A program made the position numbers and the translations under genes. A DNA stretch of 64,000 nt from an uncultured SAR86 cluster bacterium. Its GTDB lineage: Bacteria; Pseudomonadota; Gammaproteobacteria; Magnimaribacterales; D2472. The stretch spans positions 31,435 to 95,434 of the forward strand of contig CACPON010000001.1 in assembly GCA_902635645.1 (NCBI GenBank), written 5' to 3'. This document shows, in pieces, positions 48,696 through 60,849 of this stretch. Positions within the stretch are counted from its first letter, which is position 1. Each line of letters begins with the position of its first letter. The notes under the pieces were generated by a model. The model was not told the origin of the DNA and made no database searches. It worked only from the letters and a program-made list of their open reading frames with translations.

Positions 48696-49314
48696 AAAAA
48701 CCTTTTACGCCTTAATAGTATTCTGTTTTACTGGATCAGTTTTTTCAAAAGGTTTAAATATTGATATTTCGCTAGATTCAGAAATATATTTAAAGTCTCA
48801 AAAAATATTCATTGAAAAATTAGGTGAATTAAAGACAAAGAATGATATTAAAGATTTACTTGAGGAGCAGGACTGGATAGATGAGTACTTTATAAATGTT
48901 AAACCATTTAGTAATTCTGCAAAATTAAATATAAAAACAAGAACACCAATATTTATATTAAATAATGAATTTTTTGTAGATACCAATTTAAAAAAGTTTA
49001 AATTTGATAAAACTTTTCTTAATTTGATTTCTGTAAATGGACCCATAGAAGATTTGAAAGAGCCGCTTAATATTATTAATTTTTTTAAAGTGAATAATTT
49101 TGATAATACTAATATAGTAAAAATTACCTATTCACATATTTCAGGATGGCAGATTCAAACGAATTTACATGTCATAATGATTGGCAATAAACTTTCAAAT
49201 AATAAATTTAATTCATTAAAAGATACCTTAAATTACTTGTACGAAAATAGAAAAATTCCTAGTATGATAGATTTAAGGTATAAGGATGGAGTTGCTTTAG
49301 ATTATGGCAAATAA
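48682..49314 (+). CDS. ftsQ: cell division protein FtsQ (short)
   Basis: 210 aa. N-terminal TM then a POTRA-like region. Canonical slot between ddl and ftsA. Confidence 0.7.
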   Translation: MQNFKKTFYALIVFCFTGSVFSKGLNIDISLDSEIYLKSQKIFIEKLGELKTKNDIKDLLEEQDWIDEYFINVKPFSNSAKLNIKTRTPIFILNNEFFVDTNLKKFKFDKTFLNLISVNGPIEDLKEPLNIINFFKVNNFDNTNIVKITYSHISGWQIQTNLHVIMIGNKLSNNKFNSLKDTLNYLYENRKIPSMIDLRYKDGVALDYGK

Positions 49315-50530
49315 TGGTAAAAATTCTAATATAGTTGTTGGCTTAGATATAGGTACTTCCAAAGTAGTTTGTATTGTAGGTAAATATAATGAAGCTCAAA
49401 AACTAGAAATAATCTCACTCGGTGCATACCCATCAAGCGGCTTAAAAAAAGGAGTGGTTGTAAATATTGATGCTACTACTGATGCAATTAAAAAGGCCGT
49501 AGAACAAGCTCAATCGATGATTGAGGATAAGATCCGATCTGTATATGTAGGCATTGCTGGCAGTCACATTAAAAGTCTTAATTCTCAAGGTGCTGTAGGC
49601 ATTAAAGATAAAGAAGTTACACCTTATGATATTGACAGAGTTATTGATTCTGCTCAGGCAGTATCAATTCCATCTGATCAAAATGTTTTGCATGTCCTTC
49701 CTCAAGAGTACGTGATTGATGGTCAAGAAGTTAGCTTGGACCCGCTTGGAATGGCTGGGGTGAGGCTTGAAGCAAAGGTTCATTTGGTTACATGTGCTAA
49801 CAGCGCAGTAAAAAATATAGAAAAATGTATAAGAAATTGTGGCCTATCTGTTGATGGTTTTGTTTTAGAGCAATTAGCAAGTTCTCATTCTATTCTCTCT
49901 GAAGATGAAAAAGATTTGGGAGTATGTTTGGTTGACATTGGTGGAGGTACTACCGACATAGCAATATTTAATTCTGGCTCAATAGTTTTTACTGGAGTAA
50001 TACCTATTGCTGGTGACCAGGTAACTAGCGATATAGCGCAAGCGTTGAGAACTCCGACACCTCAGGCCGAGGATATAAAACAAAAACACGGTTGTGCAGT
50101 GGCTGAGTTCACAAAAGATGATGAAAGTATTGAAGTTCCTGGTGTAGGAGGAAGACCAACAAGAGAACTCTCAAGAAGCTCTCTAGCAGATATTATTCAA
50201 CCTAGGTATACAGAGTTATTTGAGCTTGTTAAGGCAGAAATTACGAGAAACGGATTTGAGGATAAGATTTCTGCTGGTATTGTTTTCACAGGCGGGACAT
50301 CGAAAATGGAAGGTGTAGTTGAATTAGCAGAATCTATTTTTCAGACATCTGTAAGACTAGGTATTCCAAATAAATTCTCTGGAATGGAAAGTATTTTGCA
50401 AAATCCAATCTACGCAACATCCATTGGATTGGTTGATCATGGTTTTAAGCAGAAAAATGATGATTTAATAGCTGAGCAAAATCAAAGTTGGCTTTCCAAG
50501 CTTTTAAAGATAGTTAAAAGCGAGTATTGA
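49304..50530 (+). CDS. ftsA: cell division protein FtsA
   Basis: 408 aa actin-fold protein. [22 protein letters not shown]-terminal amphipathic helix (WLSKLLKIVKSEY). Confidence 0.93.
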   Translation: MANNGKNSNIVVGLDIGTSKVVCIVGKYNEAQKLEIISLGAYPSSGLKKGVVVNIDATTDAIKKAVEQAQSMIEDKIRSVYVGIAGSHIKSLNSQGAVGIKDKEVTPYDIDRVIDSAQAVSIPSDQNVLHVLPQEYVIDGQEVSLDPLGMAGVRLEAKVHLVTCANSAVKNIEKCIRNCGLSVDGFVLEQLASSHSILSEDEKDLGVCLVDIGGGTTDIAIFNSGSIVFTGVIPIAGDQVTSDIAQALRTPTPQAEDIKQKHGCAVAEFTKDDESIEVPGVGGRPTRELSRSSLADIIQPRYTELFELVKAEITRNGFEDKISAGIVFTGGTSKMEGVVELAESIFQTSVRLGIPNKFSGMESILQNPIYATSIGLVDHGFKQKNDDLIAEQNQSWLSKLLKIVKSEY

Positions 50531-50611
50531 TTCTACATATCAATTCCATTAGAATGCGCATTCCTTGGTTTGCATCAATTAAGAAGCAAATCTTTAACCA
50601 TAAGGTAGCAA

Positions 50612-51061
50612 ATGAAAAAGTACGAAGCAGTAATAGTTCTTAACCCCAACCTTTCTTCTAAGGTTGATAACTTTAAAAAAGATTTTGAGAAGCTATTAAA
50701 AGATAATTCTTTTAATATTGTGAAAACAGAAGATATTGGAAGAAGACAATTAGCATATTCAATAGCTAATCATAATAAAGGCCACTATATTTTATTTAAC
50801 CTTGAAGGTGACCCTTCTAAATTATTAGAAATAGAAACAAAAATTAAATATAACGAATCCATCATTAGGCATTTATTTTTAGTTGTAAAAGAACACAACG
50901 GAGAAGATTCAAGCCTCTTTGTTGAATCAAAGAACAAAAAACCTGAACCGTCTGAAGTTGAGAAAGATAAAGAAGACGTTAAGAAAGATCCTGAGCCAGT
51001 AAAAGAGGATGTCGAAGATAAATCAGAAGCTAAACAAGAAGAAGGTGAAGATAATGAGTAA
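50612..51061 (+). CDS. rpsF: 30S ribosomal protein S6 (long acidic/Lys-rich C-terminal tail)
   Basis: 149 aa. [12 protein letters not shown].., GRRQLAYSI core, followed by a tail of about 45 aa rich in E/D/K/P. Confidence 0.92.
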   Translation: MKKYEAVIVLNPNLSSKVDNFKKDFEKLLKDNSFNIVKTEDIGRRQLAYSIANHNKGHYILFNLEGDPSKLLEIETKIKYNESIIRHLFLVVKEHNGEDSSLFVESKNKKPEPSEVEKDKEDVKKDPEPVKEDVEDKSEAKQEEGEDNE

Positions 51062-51248
51062 ATATGAATTGCCTAAGAAATTTGATTACAAAGATATTGA
51101 TATCTTGAAACAATTTATTACTGAAACAGGAAAGATAATACCCGCAAGAGTTACAGGTGTATCAGCATCAAATCAAAGAAAAGTTACAAAATCGATTAAA
51201 ATAGCTAGATTTTTAGCTCTTTTACCATACACGGATATGCACCAATAA
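51054..51248 (+). CDS. rpsR: 30S ribosomal protein S18
   Basis: [43 protein letters not shown] 51054 has an AGGTG SD 6 nt upstream. The alternative upstream ATG at 51009 (track ORF) would add a basic 15-aa N-terminus. Confidence 0.9.
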   Translation: MSKYELPKKFDYKDIDILKQFITETGKIIPARVTGVSASNQRKVTKSIKIARFLALLPYTDMHQ

Positions 51249-51252
51249 GATT

Positions 51253-51699
51253 ATGAAGATTATATTATTAGATAAAATACAAAGATTAGGCGAAATTGGT
51301 GACATAGTTGAAGTCAATTCTGGTTATGCAAGAAACTTTTTAATTCCACAGAAGAAAGCAGCATTTGCTAGTGATAAAAATATTGCTGAGGTAGAGGCAA
51401 GAAAAGATGAGCTAGCAGCAGCATCTGCTGACATGCTTACTAAAGCTGAAGCAAGAGCTGAGACTATCAATGGTAAGACTTGTGAAATTGCAGTGCCTGT
51501 AACTGAAGAGGGAGCATTGTATGGTTCAGTTGGTACAAGAGAGATTTCCGAAGCATTTACAAATATCGATATCGAAATAGATAAAAGTGAGGTTCAGCTG
51601 CCAGACGGACCAATTAAAGAAATTGGTGATCATTTAATAACTATTGCTGTTCATCCTGAGGTTTCTGCAGAAGTAACTGTAAAAGTATTAGCTGAGTAG
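51253..51699 (+). CDS. rplI: 50S ribosomal protein L9
   Basis: 148 aa. MKIILLDKIQRLGEIGDIVEVNSGYARNFLIPQKKA. Confidence 0.93.
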   Translation: MKIILLDKIQRLGEIGDIVEVNSGYARNFLIPQKKAAFASDKNIAEVEARKDELAAASADMLTKAEARAETINGKTCEIAVPVTEEGALYGSVGTREISEAFTNIDIEIDKSEVQLPDGPIKEIGDHLITIAVHPEVSAEVTVKVLAE

Positions 51700-51737
51700 T
51701 TGTATATTTTAAAATATGATGTAAAAATCATATTCCA

Positions 51738-53108
51738 ATGTCTGACTTATCTATAAATCAAAACGAGCAAGCAAGAGAAGCTGAAAGAGCAGTTCTTGGT
51801 GGTTTAATGCTCGAAACACATCGTTTTGATACAGTAATACAGGTTATTAAAGAAAATGATTTTGATGGTAAAGACCATCAAATTATCTTTCAATCAATGT
51901 CTGAATTGATTGAAGAAAACAAACCTCTGGATCCTCTGACAGTTTCAGAAAAATTAGATAATAAAAATTCTCTTAATAAGGTTGGTGGAAAAGACTATTT
52001 AATTGAACTTGCCACTTCAACTCCATCTGCTGCTAACCTTGAAGCGTATGCTGAAATAATTAGACAGAGATCTATTACCAGAAAATTAATGAAAGCTAAT
52101 TCTGAGATTTCTGAATTAATCAACAACCCTCAAGGACAAGATGGCAATGCATTATTAGACAAAGCTGAAAGTATGATATTTGCATTGAATGATGAGTCTA
52201 GTCAAAATGATCAAAGCCTTCAATCGATGAAAGAATTAATTCCATCAACAATGGATAGGCTTCATGAGATGTCTAATAAAGCTGGGGGATTAATTGGCTC
52301 TTCTACAGGGTTTAAAGATCTTGATACCAAACTCCAGGGCATCCAAAACGGTGATCTTATAGTGGTTGCTGGAAGACCAAGTATGGGTAAAACATCTTTT
52401 GCTATGAATATAGCTGAAAATGTTTTGCTTGAAAAAGATAATGATGGTGCCGTTTTAATATTCAGTTTAGAAATGCCTGGTGAAGCTTTAACAACTAGAA
52501 TGCTATCAGGAATGAGCAAACTAAATCAGCAAAATGTTCGCTCAGGAATGTTAAAGGACAACGAGCTAAAATTGTTACTTTCAGAAGGTGAAAGACTCAA
52601 GAATTTACCATTGTGGATTGATGATAGCTCTCTGCTAACTCCAATGGAGCTTCGTGCAAAAGCCAGAAGGCTTGCAAGGCAAGAGGAGAATGGATTATCA
52701 CTAATCGTAGTTGATTACCTTCAGTTAATGCAGTTGCCAACATCAACAGAAAATAGAGTGAATCAAATATCAGAAATATCTAGATCATTAAAATCATTAG
52801 CAAAAGAGCTCAATGTTCCAGTTATAGCTCTTTCTCAGCTTAATAGGGCGGTAGAACAAAGACCTAACAAAAGACCAATTATGGCAGATCTTCGTGATTC
52901 AGGTGCTATTGAACAGGATGCTGATGTTATCTTGTTTATTTATAGAGATGAGGTTTATAACGAAGATTCAGATCAAGGCAATAAAGCTGAAATTATTATT
53001 GGAAAACAAAGAAACGGACCAATTGGAACTGTTAATTTAACATTCCTAAAAGAATATACGCGCTTTGAAAATTTTTCTAGCGATGGATATTACGACTCTT
53101 TTGAATGA
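51738..53108 (+). CDS. dnaB: replicative DNA helicase DnaB
   Basis: 456 aa. Walker A GRPSMGKT, Walker B VVDYLQLM, no intein. Confidence 0.95.
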   Translation: MSDLSINQNEQAREAERAVLGGLMLETHRFDTVIQVIKENDFDGKDHQIIFQSMSELIEENKPLDPLTVSEKLDNKNSLNKVGGKDYLIELATSTPSAANLEAYAEIIRQRSITRKLMKANSEISELINNPQGQDGNALLDKAESMIFALNDESSQNDQSLQSMKELIPSTMDRLHEMSNKAGGLIGSSTGFKDLDTKLQGIQNGDLIVVAGRPSMGKTSFAMNIAENVLLEKDNDGAVLIFSLEMPGEALTTRMLSGMSKLNQQNVRSGMLKDNELKLLLSEGERLKNLPLWIDDSSLLTPMELRAKARRLARQEENGLSLIVVDYLQLMQLPTSTENRVNQISEISRSLKSLAKELNVPVIALSQLNRAVEQRPNKRPIMADLRDSGAIEQDADVILFIYRDEVYNEDSDQGNKAEIIIGKQRNGPIGTVNLTFLKEYTRFENFSSDGYYDSFE

Positions 53109-54166
53109 CGACATTAAAAAGCATTCTTGAAATAGATCCATCTATCATAAGAAGCAATATTCAAAAATTAAAAAATAAAACTTCAAATACTTCAAATTTT
53201 TTAGCAGTCATCAAATCTGATGCTTACGGTCACATGCTTAATAATATAGTATCTGATATCGATGATCTGGTTGATGGATATGGAGTAGTAAGACTTGATG
53301 AAGCAATTGATTTAAGAAAAATCTCACAAAAAAAAATTGTCCTCATGCAGGGGATATATTCTCAGGAGGATTACCTTTTAGCTAAGAAGCATGATTTAGA
53401 TATAGTAGTTCATAACGAATTCCAATTAAATATCATTATTAAAAACAATAATTTTGAAAATTTATGGTTAAAAGTTAATACCGGCATGAACAGACTGGGT
53501 TTTGAAATAGACAGATTTTTAGAGATTTATAAAGATTATCTTGAAGATATAAATTTTACACTTATGACTCATTTAGCTGCATCCAATAAGAAAGATGATC
53601 CCTCAAATGCTGAGCAATTCGAGAGGTTTGAGAGACTTTGCAAAGATTTACACTCCGGAGTAACTAAAAGTATTGCAAATACCGGCTGTGTTTTAAACTT
53701 TCCTGACAAGTGTTTTGATTGGGTAAGAGTAGGAATTGGAATATTTGGTGGATATATCGGAAATGAAGAACTAAAAACAGCTATTACACTTAAATCTCCA
53801 ATAATAAATATTAAGGAACTTAATATAGGAGAAAGGGTCGGATATGACGGAAGGGCCATTGCAGAAAAAAGAATGAAAGTAGCTACTGTCTATCTTGGAT
53901 ATGCAGATGGTTTGCCTCAGCACATTAAAGATGGAACAGTTGTAAAAGTTAATAATCAAGATGCTAGTGTTTTTGGAAAGATTAGCATGGATGTAACAAC
54001 TATAGACGTCTCTGATATTAAAGAATGTAATGTGGGAGATTGGTGTGAGTTTTTTTCACCTAATCATTCAATCAATAATCTTGCCTCAGCTAATGGTTTA
54101 ATTTCATATGACATAATGATTAGAATAAAATCCAGAGTTGAAAGAGTTTATAAAAAAATAAGCTAA
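53105..54166 (+). CDS. alr: alanine racemase
   Basis: 353 aa. PLP-lysine motif AVIKSDAYGH. dnaB-alr adjacency as in E. coli. Confidence 0.9.
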   Translation: MTTLKSILEIDPSIIRSNIQKLKNKTSNTSNFLAVIKSDAYGHMLNNIVSDIDDLVDGYGVVRLDEAIDLRKISQKKIVLMQGIYSQEDYLLAKKHDLDIVVHNEFQLNIIIKNNNFENLWLKVNTGMNRLGFEIDRFLEIYKDYLEDINFTLMTHLAASNKKDDPSNAEQFERFERLCKDLHSGVTKSIANTGCVLNFPDKCFDWVRVGIGIFGGYIGNEELKTAITLKSPIINIKELNIGERVGYDGRAIAEKRMKVATVYLGYADGLPQHIKDGTVVKVNNQDASVFGKISMDVTTIDVSDIKECNVGDWCEFFSPNHSINNLASANGLISYDIMIRIKSRVERVYKKIS

Positions 54167-54245
54167 TTTTTTAATTATATTAATAAAGCTTATTTCACTC
54201 TTAGGCGTATTCTGTTATTCTGTTATCCCATCATGATTCAATTAA

Positions 54246-55874
<1,629 letters not shown>

Positions 55875-55876
55875 TT

Positions 55877-56716
55877 ATGAATGATCTGAAACTTAGAAAC
55901 TTTACTATTGGAAATTCACAGCCATTAACTTTAATGGGAGGAATGAATGTACTTGAGTCTCGAGACTTAGTATTGCAAGTTGCAGAAAAATTTAAATTAA
56001 TATCAGATAAGCTTGAGATTAATTATATTTTTAAAGGTTCATTTGATAAGGCTAATAGAAGCTCTGTTTCCTCTTTCAGAGGTCCAGGCATGGATGAGGG
56101 TCTTAAATTACTTCAAGAAGTTTCAACAGAATTTAATGTTCCTGTAGTTACTGATATTCATGAACCGGATCAAGCTAAGCCAGTAAGTGAAGTATGTGAA
56201 GTTGTTCAAATACCAGCTTTTTTAGCAAGGCAAACTGACTTAGTGGTTGCTGCAGCAAAAACAGATGCTATCTTGCAGTTTAAAAAACCACAATTTTTGT
56301 CAGCACCCGAGATGAAAAACATTATAGAAAAATGTGAATCAGCTGGTAACAGTAAAATTACTCTCTGTGAGAGGGGTAATTCTTTTGGATATAACAATTT
56401 AGTTGTAGATACTCTTAATTTTCAAATTCTCAAGAATCTAGGTAAGCCAGCAATTTTTGATGTTACGCATTCGCTTCAACTTCCCGGAGGTCTTGGTAAT
56501 GCTGCAGGAGGAAGAAGGGAATATTTATTAAGTTTGGCTAAAGCTGGTATTTCTCAGGGAATAGCAGGTCTATTTTTAGAAGCACATCCAGACCCTGATA
56601 AAGCTAAATGTGATGGTCCTTGTGCTCTTCGTCTTGATATGTTGGAACCTTTTTTGCAGCAAATTAAAGATCTAGATGTTCTTGTAAAAAACCAAGAAAC
56701 TTTAGATATTTTTTAG
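55877..56716 (+). CDS. kdsA: 3-deoxy-8-phosphooctulonate synthase
   Basis: 279 aa. [30 protein letters not shown]. Confidence 0.95.
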   Translation: MNDLKLRNFTIGNSQPLTLMGGMNVLESRDLVLQVAEKFKLISDKLEINYIFKGSFDKANRSSVSSFRGPGMDEGLKLLQEVSTEFNVPVVTDIHEPDQAKPVSEVCEVVQIPAFLARQTDLVVAAAKTDAILQFKKPQFLSAPEMKNIIEKCESAGNSKITLCERGNSFGYNNLVVDTLNFQILKNLGKPAIFDVTHSLQLPGGLGNAAGGRREYLLSLAKAGISQGIAGLFLEAHPDPDKAKCDGPCALRLDMLEPFLQQIKDLDVLVKNQETLDIF

Positions 56717-56721
56717 TAAGC

Positions 56722-57999
56722 ATGGCTTCAATTCAATCAATAAAAGCTATTCAGGTTTTAGACTCAAGAGGTCTTCCCACAGTTTCTTGTAATGTAATTC
56801 TTGATAACGGCATTAAAGCAAGTGCAATAGTGCCAAGCGGAGCATCAACAGGAACCAAGGAAGCATTAGAGTTAAGAGATGGCGGTAATTTGTACATGGG
56901 TAAAGGGGTTCAAAAAGCTGTAAGTAATATAAATGACTTAATAAACCCACTTCTTGAAAAATTAGATCCAAACGATCAACAATTAATTGATCATAAATTA
57001 ATTGAGTTAGATGGAACTAGTGACAAGTCAAATATTGGAGCTAATGCAATTCTAGCTGTCTCATTAGCAGTTTGTCATGCAGCAGCAAAAGATAAAAATA
57101 TTTCATTGCATGAACATTTTGCCGAGATATATAAAAATATCACTGGAATAGATGTTGAATCTAACCTTCCTATGCCTATGTTAAATATTCTTAACGGCGG
57201 AGAGCATGCTGATAATAATATTGATATTCAAGAATTTATGATTATCCCAAAAGGTGCAAAGACTTTTAAGGAGGTTATGAGATGGTCTTCTGAAATATAT
57301 TGGAATCTTAAATCAATATTGCAACAAAAAAAATTATCTACTGGAGTGGGGGATGAAGGTGGCTTTGCTCCAAATTTACAATCTAATGAAGAGGCAATCA
57401 AATTAATTATTGAAGCAATAAAAATCTCCGGTCTCATACCAGGAGATGATGTCTTTATTGCACTGGATTGTGCTGCAAGTGAATTTTATGATGGTAAAAA
57501 TTATAATTTAGCTGGTGAAGGCAAATCCTTAGACTCTGAATCTTTTTCTGATTATTTAGAAAGTTTGGTGGATAAATACCCAATTATTTCTATTGAAGAT
57601 GGTATGGATGAAAATGACTCAGAAGGCTGGAAAATTCTTACAGAAAGAATTGGCTCCAAGTGTCAATTGGTTGGAGACGATTTATTTGTAACAAATAAGA
57701 CTATTTTCCAAGAAGGTATAGAAAATAATTTAGCTAACTCAATTTTAATTAAATTTAATCAAATAGGTTCTATTACCGAAACAATAGAAACAATTAATAT
57801 TGCTAATCAAAATAACTATAAATCCATTATTTCTCATAGATCAGGAGAAACTGAGGATACGACTATATCTGATTTAGCCGTTGGTCTTGGAGCAGGTCAA
57901 ATTAAAACCGGAGCTCCGTGTAGATCTGATAGAGTTGCAAAATATAATCGATTGCTATGGATAGAAGAGGAGTTTCCTAGTATCAATCTAAGTCAATGA
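56722..57999 (+). CDS. eno: enolase
   Basis: 425 aa. [35 protein letters not shown]. Confidence 0.97.
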   Translation: MASIQSIKAIQVLDSRGLPTVSCNVILDNGIKASAIVPSGASTGTKEALELRDGGNLYMGKGVQKAVSNINDLINPLLEKLDPNDQQLIDHKLIELDGTSDKSNIGANAILAVSLAVCHAAAKDKNISLHEHFAEIYKNITGIDVESNLPMPMLNILNGGEHADNNIDIQEFMIIPKGAKTFKEVMRWSSEIYWNLKSILQQKKLSTGVGDEGGFAPNLQSNEEAIKLIIEAIKISGLIPGDDVFIALDCAASEFYDGKNYNLAGEGKSLDSESFSDYLESLVDKYPIISIEDGMDENDSEGWKILTERIGSKCQLVGDDLFVTNKTIFQEGIENNLANSILIKFNQIGSITETIETINIANQNNYKSIISHRSGETEDTTISDLAVGLGAGQIKTGAPCRSDRVAKYNRLLWIEEEFPSINLSQ

Positions 58000-58301
58000 A
58001 TCGACTATTTTATTCTTTAGCTTTAGTCCTACTTATTTTAATAATTATGCTACTAAACAGTATTTTCTTTGGAGAAAACTCTTATCAAAAGAAAGCTCAA
58101 ATACTTGACGAAAACAATCTTCAACAAGAACAAAACAATGAACTAAAAAAACAAAATGATATTTTAGAATTTGAAATTGAGAATGCACAAAAATCAAACG
58201 AACATGTAGAAAATTTTGCTAGAGAAAAATTGAACTTAGTATATCCTGATGAAGAGTTTATATCTTTCAAGGACGAACACGAATCTAAAGATGACAGATA
58301 A
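57996..58301 (+). CDS. ftsB: cell division protein FtsB
   Basis: 101 aa. TM, coiled coil, ARE.L.LV.P.E motif ([14 protein letters not shown]). Follows eno as in E. coli. Confidence 0.8.
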   Translation: MNRLFYSLALVLLILIIMLLNSIFFGENSYQKKAQILDENNLQQEQNNELKKQNDILEFEIENAQKSNEHVENFAREKLNLVYPDEEFISFKDEHESKDDR

Positions 58302-59430
58302 AGTATTAGCAATAATTCCAGCAGCAGGAATTGGTGAAAGATTTCAGAGCGATATTCCAAAACAATATGAGTATCTAGATGGCCAATCCGTTATAGAGAA
58401 ATCAATAAAACCCTTTATAGAATCTGAATTTATATCAAAAATACTAATTGCAGTTTCAAAATCAGATAATTTTATTAAAGAACAAAATTTTTTTGACAAT
58501 GAGAAAGTAGAAATAGTTGAGGGCGGTGAGACTAGAGCTATATCAGTATTAAATGCTTTAAATGAAACTAATGAAAATTATGATTATGTGATTACTCATG
58601 ACGCAGCTAGACCGAACATAACTGCTAAAGACTTAGCCACAATATATGAAAAGATAACCAGCTCTGAATCAGACTGCTCTTTTTTCTACAAACCAGTAGT
58701 AGATTCTATTAAGGAGAGTAAATCTAATAAAACTATAAATAAACAAGACTATTACTTAGTGCAAACTCCCCAAATATCAAAATTTAATAAATTAAAGTTC
58801 TCATTGGCTCATCTTATTGATCAAAAGATTGATGTACCAGATGAGTCCTTTGTAATGGAATCCCAAGGTTATCATGTATCCAAAATAGAAGGCAAAGCCT
58901 CAAATATTAAAATTACTTATAATCATGATTTAAATCTTCTAAGAAAATTAAACTCAAGAGTCGGCAGTGGCTTTGATTTACATACCTATAAACCTGGAAC
59001 AGGTTTTACTATAGGGGGCTATATGCTTAAATGCGATTATGCAATTGAAGCTCACTCAGATGGTGATGTTCTCCTTCATTCAATTGCAGACTCTATACTA
59101 GGTGCTGCAGCTCTAGGAGATATAGGAATATTCTTCTCAGACAAAGATCCTTCCAATAAAGGGCTTGATAGCAAGGAAATAATTAATTTTTGTTTAGAAA
59201 AAATTCATGAAATGAATCTTGAGATTTGCAATGTTGATGCAACTATAATTTGTGAATCACCTAAAATAAGTCCTCATAGAAATAATATTATTGATAGTTT
59301 GTCTGAGATTTTAAAAATTTCAAAATCTAATATTGGTTTAAAGGCTACAACTTCTGAAAAGATTGGTATTATAGGTGAGCATAAAGCTATAGCAGTTCAA
59401 TCACTAGTAAACCTCAAAGAAATCTTATGA
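58291..59430 (+). CDS. ispDF: bifunctional IspD/IspF (MEP cytidylyltransferase / MEcPP synthase) fusion
   Basis: One ORF. The IspD part has AIIPAAGIGERF and THDAARP. The IspF part starts near 58951 with RVGSGFDLH, EAHSDGDVLLHS, GAAALGDIG and ATTSEKIG. Start set at ATG 58291 (MTDKVLAII); the track ORF 58249 is a 5' extension. Confidence 0.9.
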   Translation: MTDKVLAIIPAAGIGERFQSDIPKQYEYLDGQSVIEKSIKPFIESEFISKILIAVSKSDNFIKEQNFFDNEKVEIVEGGETRAISVLNALNETNENYDYVITHDAARPNITAKDLATIYEKITSSESDCSFFYKPVVDSIKESKSNKTINKQDYYLVQTPQISKFNKLKFSLAHLIDQKIDVPDESFVMESQGYHVSKIEGKASNIKITYNHDLNLLRKLNSRVGSGFDLHTYKPGTGFTIGGYMLKCDYAIEAHSDGDVLLHSIADSILGAAALGDIGIFFSDKDPSNKGLDSKEIINFCLEKIHEMNLEICNVDATIICESPKISPHRNNIIDSLSEILKISKSNIGLKATTSEKIGIIGEHKAIAVQSLVNLKEIL

Positions 59431-60173
59431 AAATCTTATTAACAAATGATGATGGTTATCAGGCTCCCAATATTCAAAATCTTTTTAAGAAATTATCAGA
59501 AGAACATGACGTATGGATTATAGCTCCTGAAAATAATTGCAGTGGAATGAGTGCAGCTATTTCTTTTTTAAAAGAAACCGAAATTAGAAAAGTAGAAGAT
59601 AGAGTTTATGCTGTTGATGGCACACCAGCGGATTGTACTTATTTTGGTTTGCTGGGAATTGTTGATTTTGAATTTGATATGGTTGTCTCTGGCATCAATC
59701 ATGGAGCAAATATTGGAACGGATGTTATTTATTCTGGCACCGTAGGTGCAGCAGTAGGTGGCAGAAAACTTAAATATCCCCCGATAGCATTATCTGTTGC
59801 TTCTTATGAAACAGTTAATATGGATTTTATAGTTAATAGAACTTTAGAGATTATTAATACTGTCAAAAACTTACCTGAAGATTTTCATGGCAAAGTATTT
59901 AATGTAAATTTTCCAGATATATCAGAGGATGAATGTAAAGGAATACGGGTAACATCTTTGGCAAAAAGAGGAGTTCCATCACGACCCATTGAGATAAGCT
60001 CAGATGGAGATAAAAAAAAATATAGATACAACCTCTCTGGAGAACCAGTAAATGAATCAACATTAACTGATGCAAATGCCGTTCACGATGGGTATATTTC
60101 AATTTCTGTATTAGATTATGATCTTGATCAGGAGATGCTAAGAGAAAATCTTAAATCACACTTCAATGAATAG
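59427..60173 (+). CDS. surE: 5'/3'-nucleotidase SurE
   Basis: 248 aa. MKILLTNDDGYQAPNI, GINHGAN. Confidence 0.93.
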   Translation: MKILLTNDDGYQAPNIQNLFKKLSEEHDVWIIAPENNCSGMSAAISFLKETEIRKVEDRVYAVDGTPADCTYFGLLGIVDFEFDMVVSGINHGANIGTDVIYSGTVGAAVGGRKLKYPPIALSVASYETVNMDFIVNRTLEIINTVKNLPEDFHGKVFNVNFPDISEDECKGIRVTSLAKRGVPSRPIEISSDGDKKKYRYNLSGEPVNESTLTDANAVHDGYISISVLDYDLDQEMLRENLKSHFNE

Positions 60174-60849
60174 TTCAGGCTTCACATTTAGAAGAGTTAG
60201 AGAAGAGATGATAGAAACTCTTTTAGATATGGGTATCAAAGATTTCAGAGTTCTAGATGCAATGTCACAAGTGCCTCGTCATATTTTTGTTGATAATGCT
60301 CTCCAATCTAGGGCTTATGAAAATAGATCCTTAACAATTGGTTATAAGCAAACCATTTCTCAACCTTATATAGTTGCCAAAATGACAGAGCACCTTATAT
60401 CACATACAAAATCTAGAGGGAAAATTTTTGAAAAAGTATTAGAGCTTGGATCTGGATGTGGATATCAGTCAGCTGTCTTGTCACATTTTTGTGAAGAGGT
60501 GCATGCAATAGAAAGAATCAAACCCTTAGTTACAAAAGCAAGAGAAAATTTAAGCGAATTAAAAATCAAAAATGTTTTGTTTAAATATGGTGATGGTTTT
60601 ACGGATTGGGACAAAAAACTAAAATATGATGGTGTTTTATGTGCAGCAGCACCTCGTCAGTACCCGCAAGATTTGATTGATTGCTTAAATATAAATTCTA
60701 AGATTGTAATACCGGTTGGAAATTCTAAATCTCAACAATTACACGTCATAACTAAGTTAGAGGGAGAGGATATTAAAGAAGACGTATTTGAAGAGGTTGC
60801 TTTTGTGCCAATGCTCTCTGGAACATCTGTTGATGGAAATGACTCATGA
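60166..60849 (+). CDS. pcm: protein-L-isoaspartate O-methyltransferase
   Basis: 227 aa. QTISQPYIVA, SAM motif LELGSGCGYQSAVL. Follows surE. Confidence 0.9.
   Translation: MNSSGFTFRRVREEMIETLLDMGIKDFRVLDAMSQVPRHIFVDNALQSRAYENRSLTIGYKQTISQPYIVAKMTEHLISHTKSRGKIFEKVLELGSGCGYQSAVLSHFCEEVHAIERIKPLVTKARENLSELKIKNVLFKYGDGFTDWDKKLKYDGVLCAAAPRQYPQDLIDCLNINSKIVIPVGNSKSQQLHVITKLEGEDIKEDVFEEVAFVPMLSGTSVDGNDS

Noticed and set aside
54155-54200. Possible terminator after alr (ATAAGCT ... AGCTTAT).
   Set aside because: A 7-bp AT-rich stem with a loop of about 22 nt and no clear T-tract is too weak to call.
54209-54224. Tandem ATTCTGTT-ATTCTGTT upstream of pyrG.
   Set aside because: A two-copy 8-mer in an AT-rich spacer is readily explained by chance or slippage. 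There is no dyad symmetry and no known motif.
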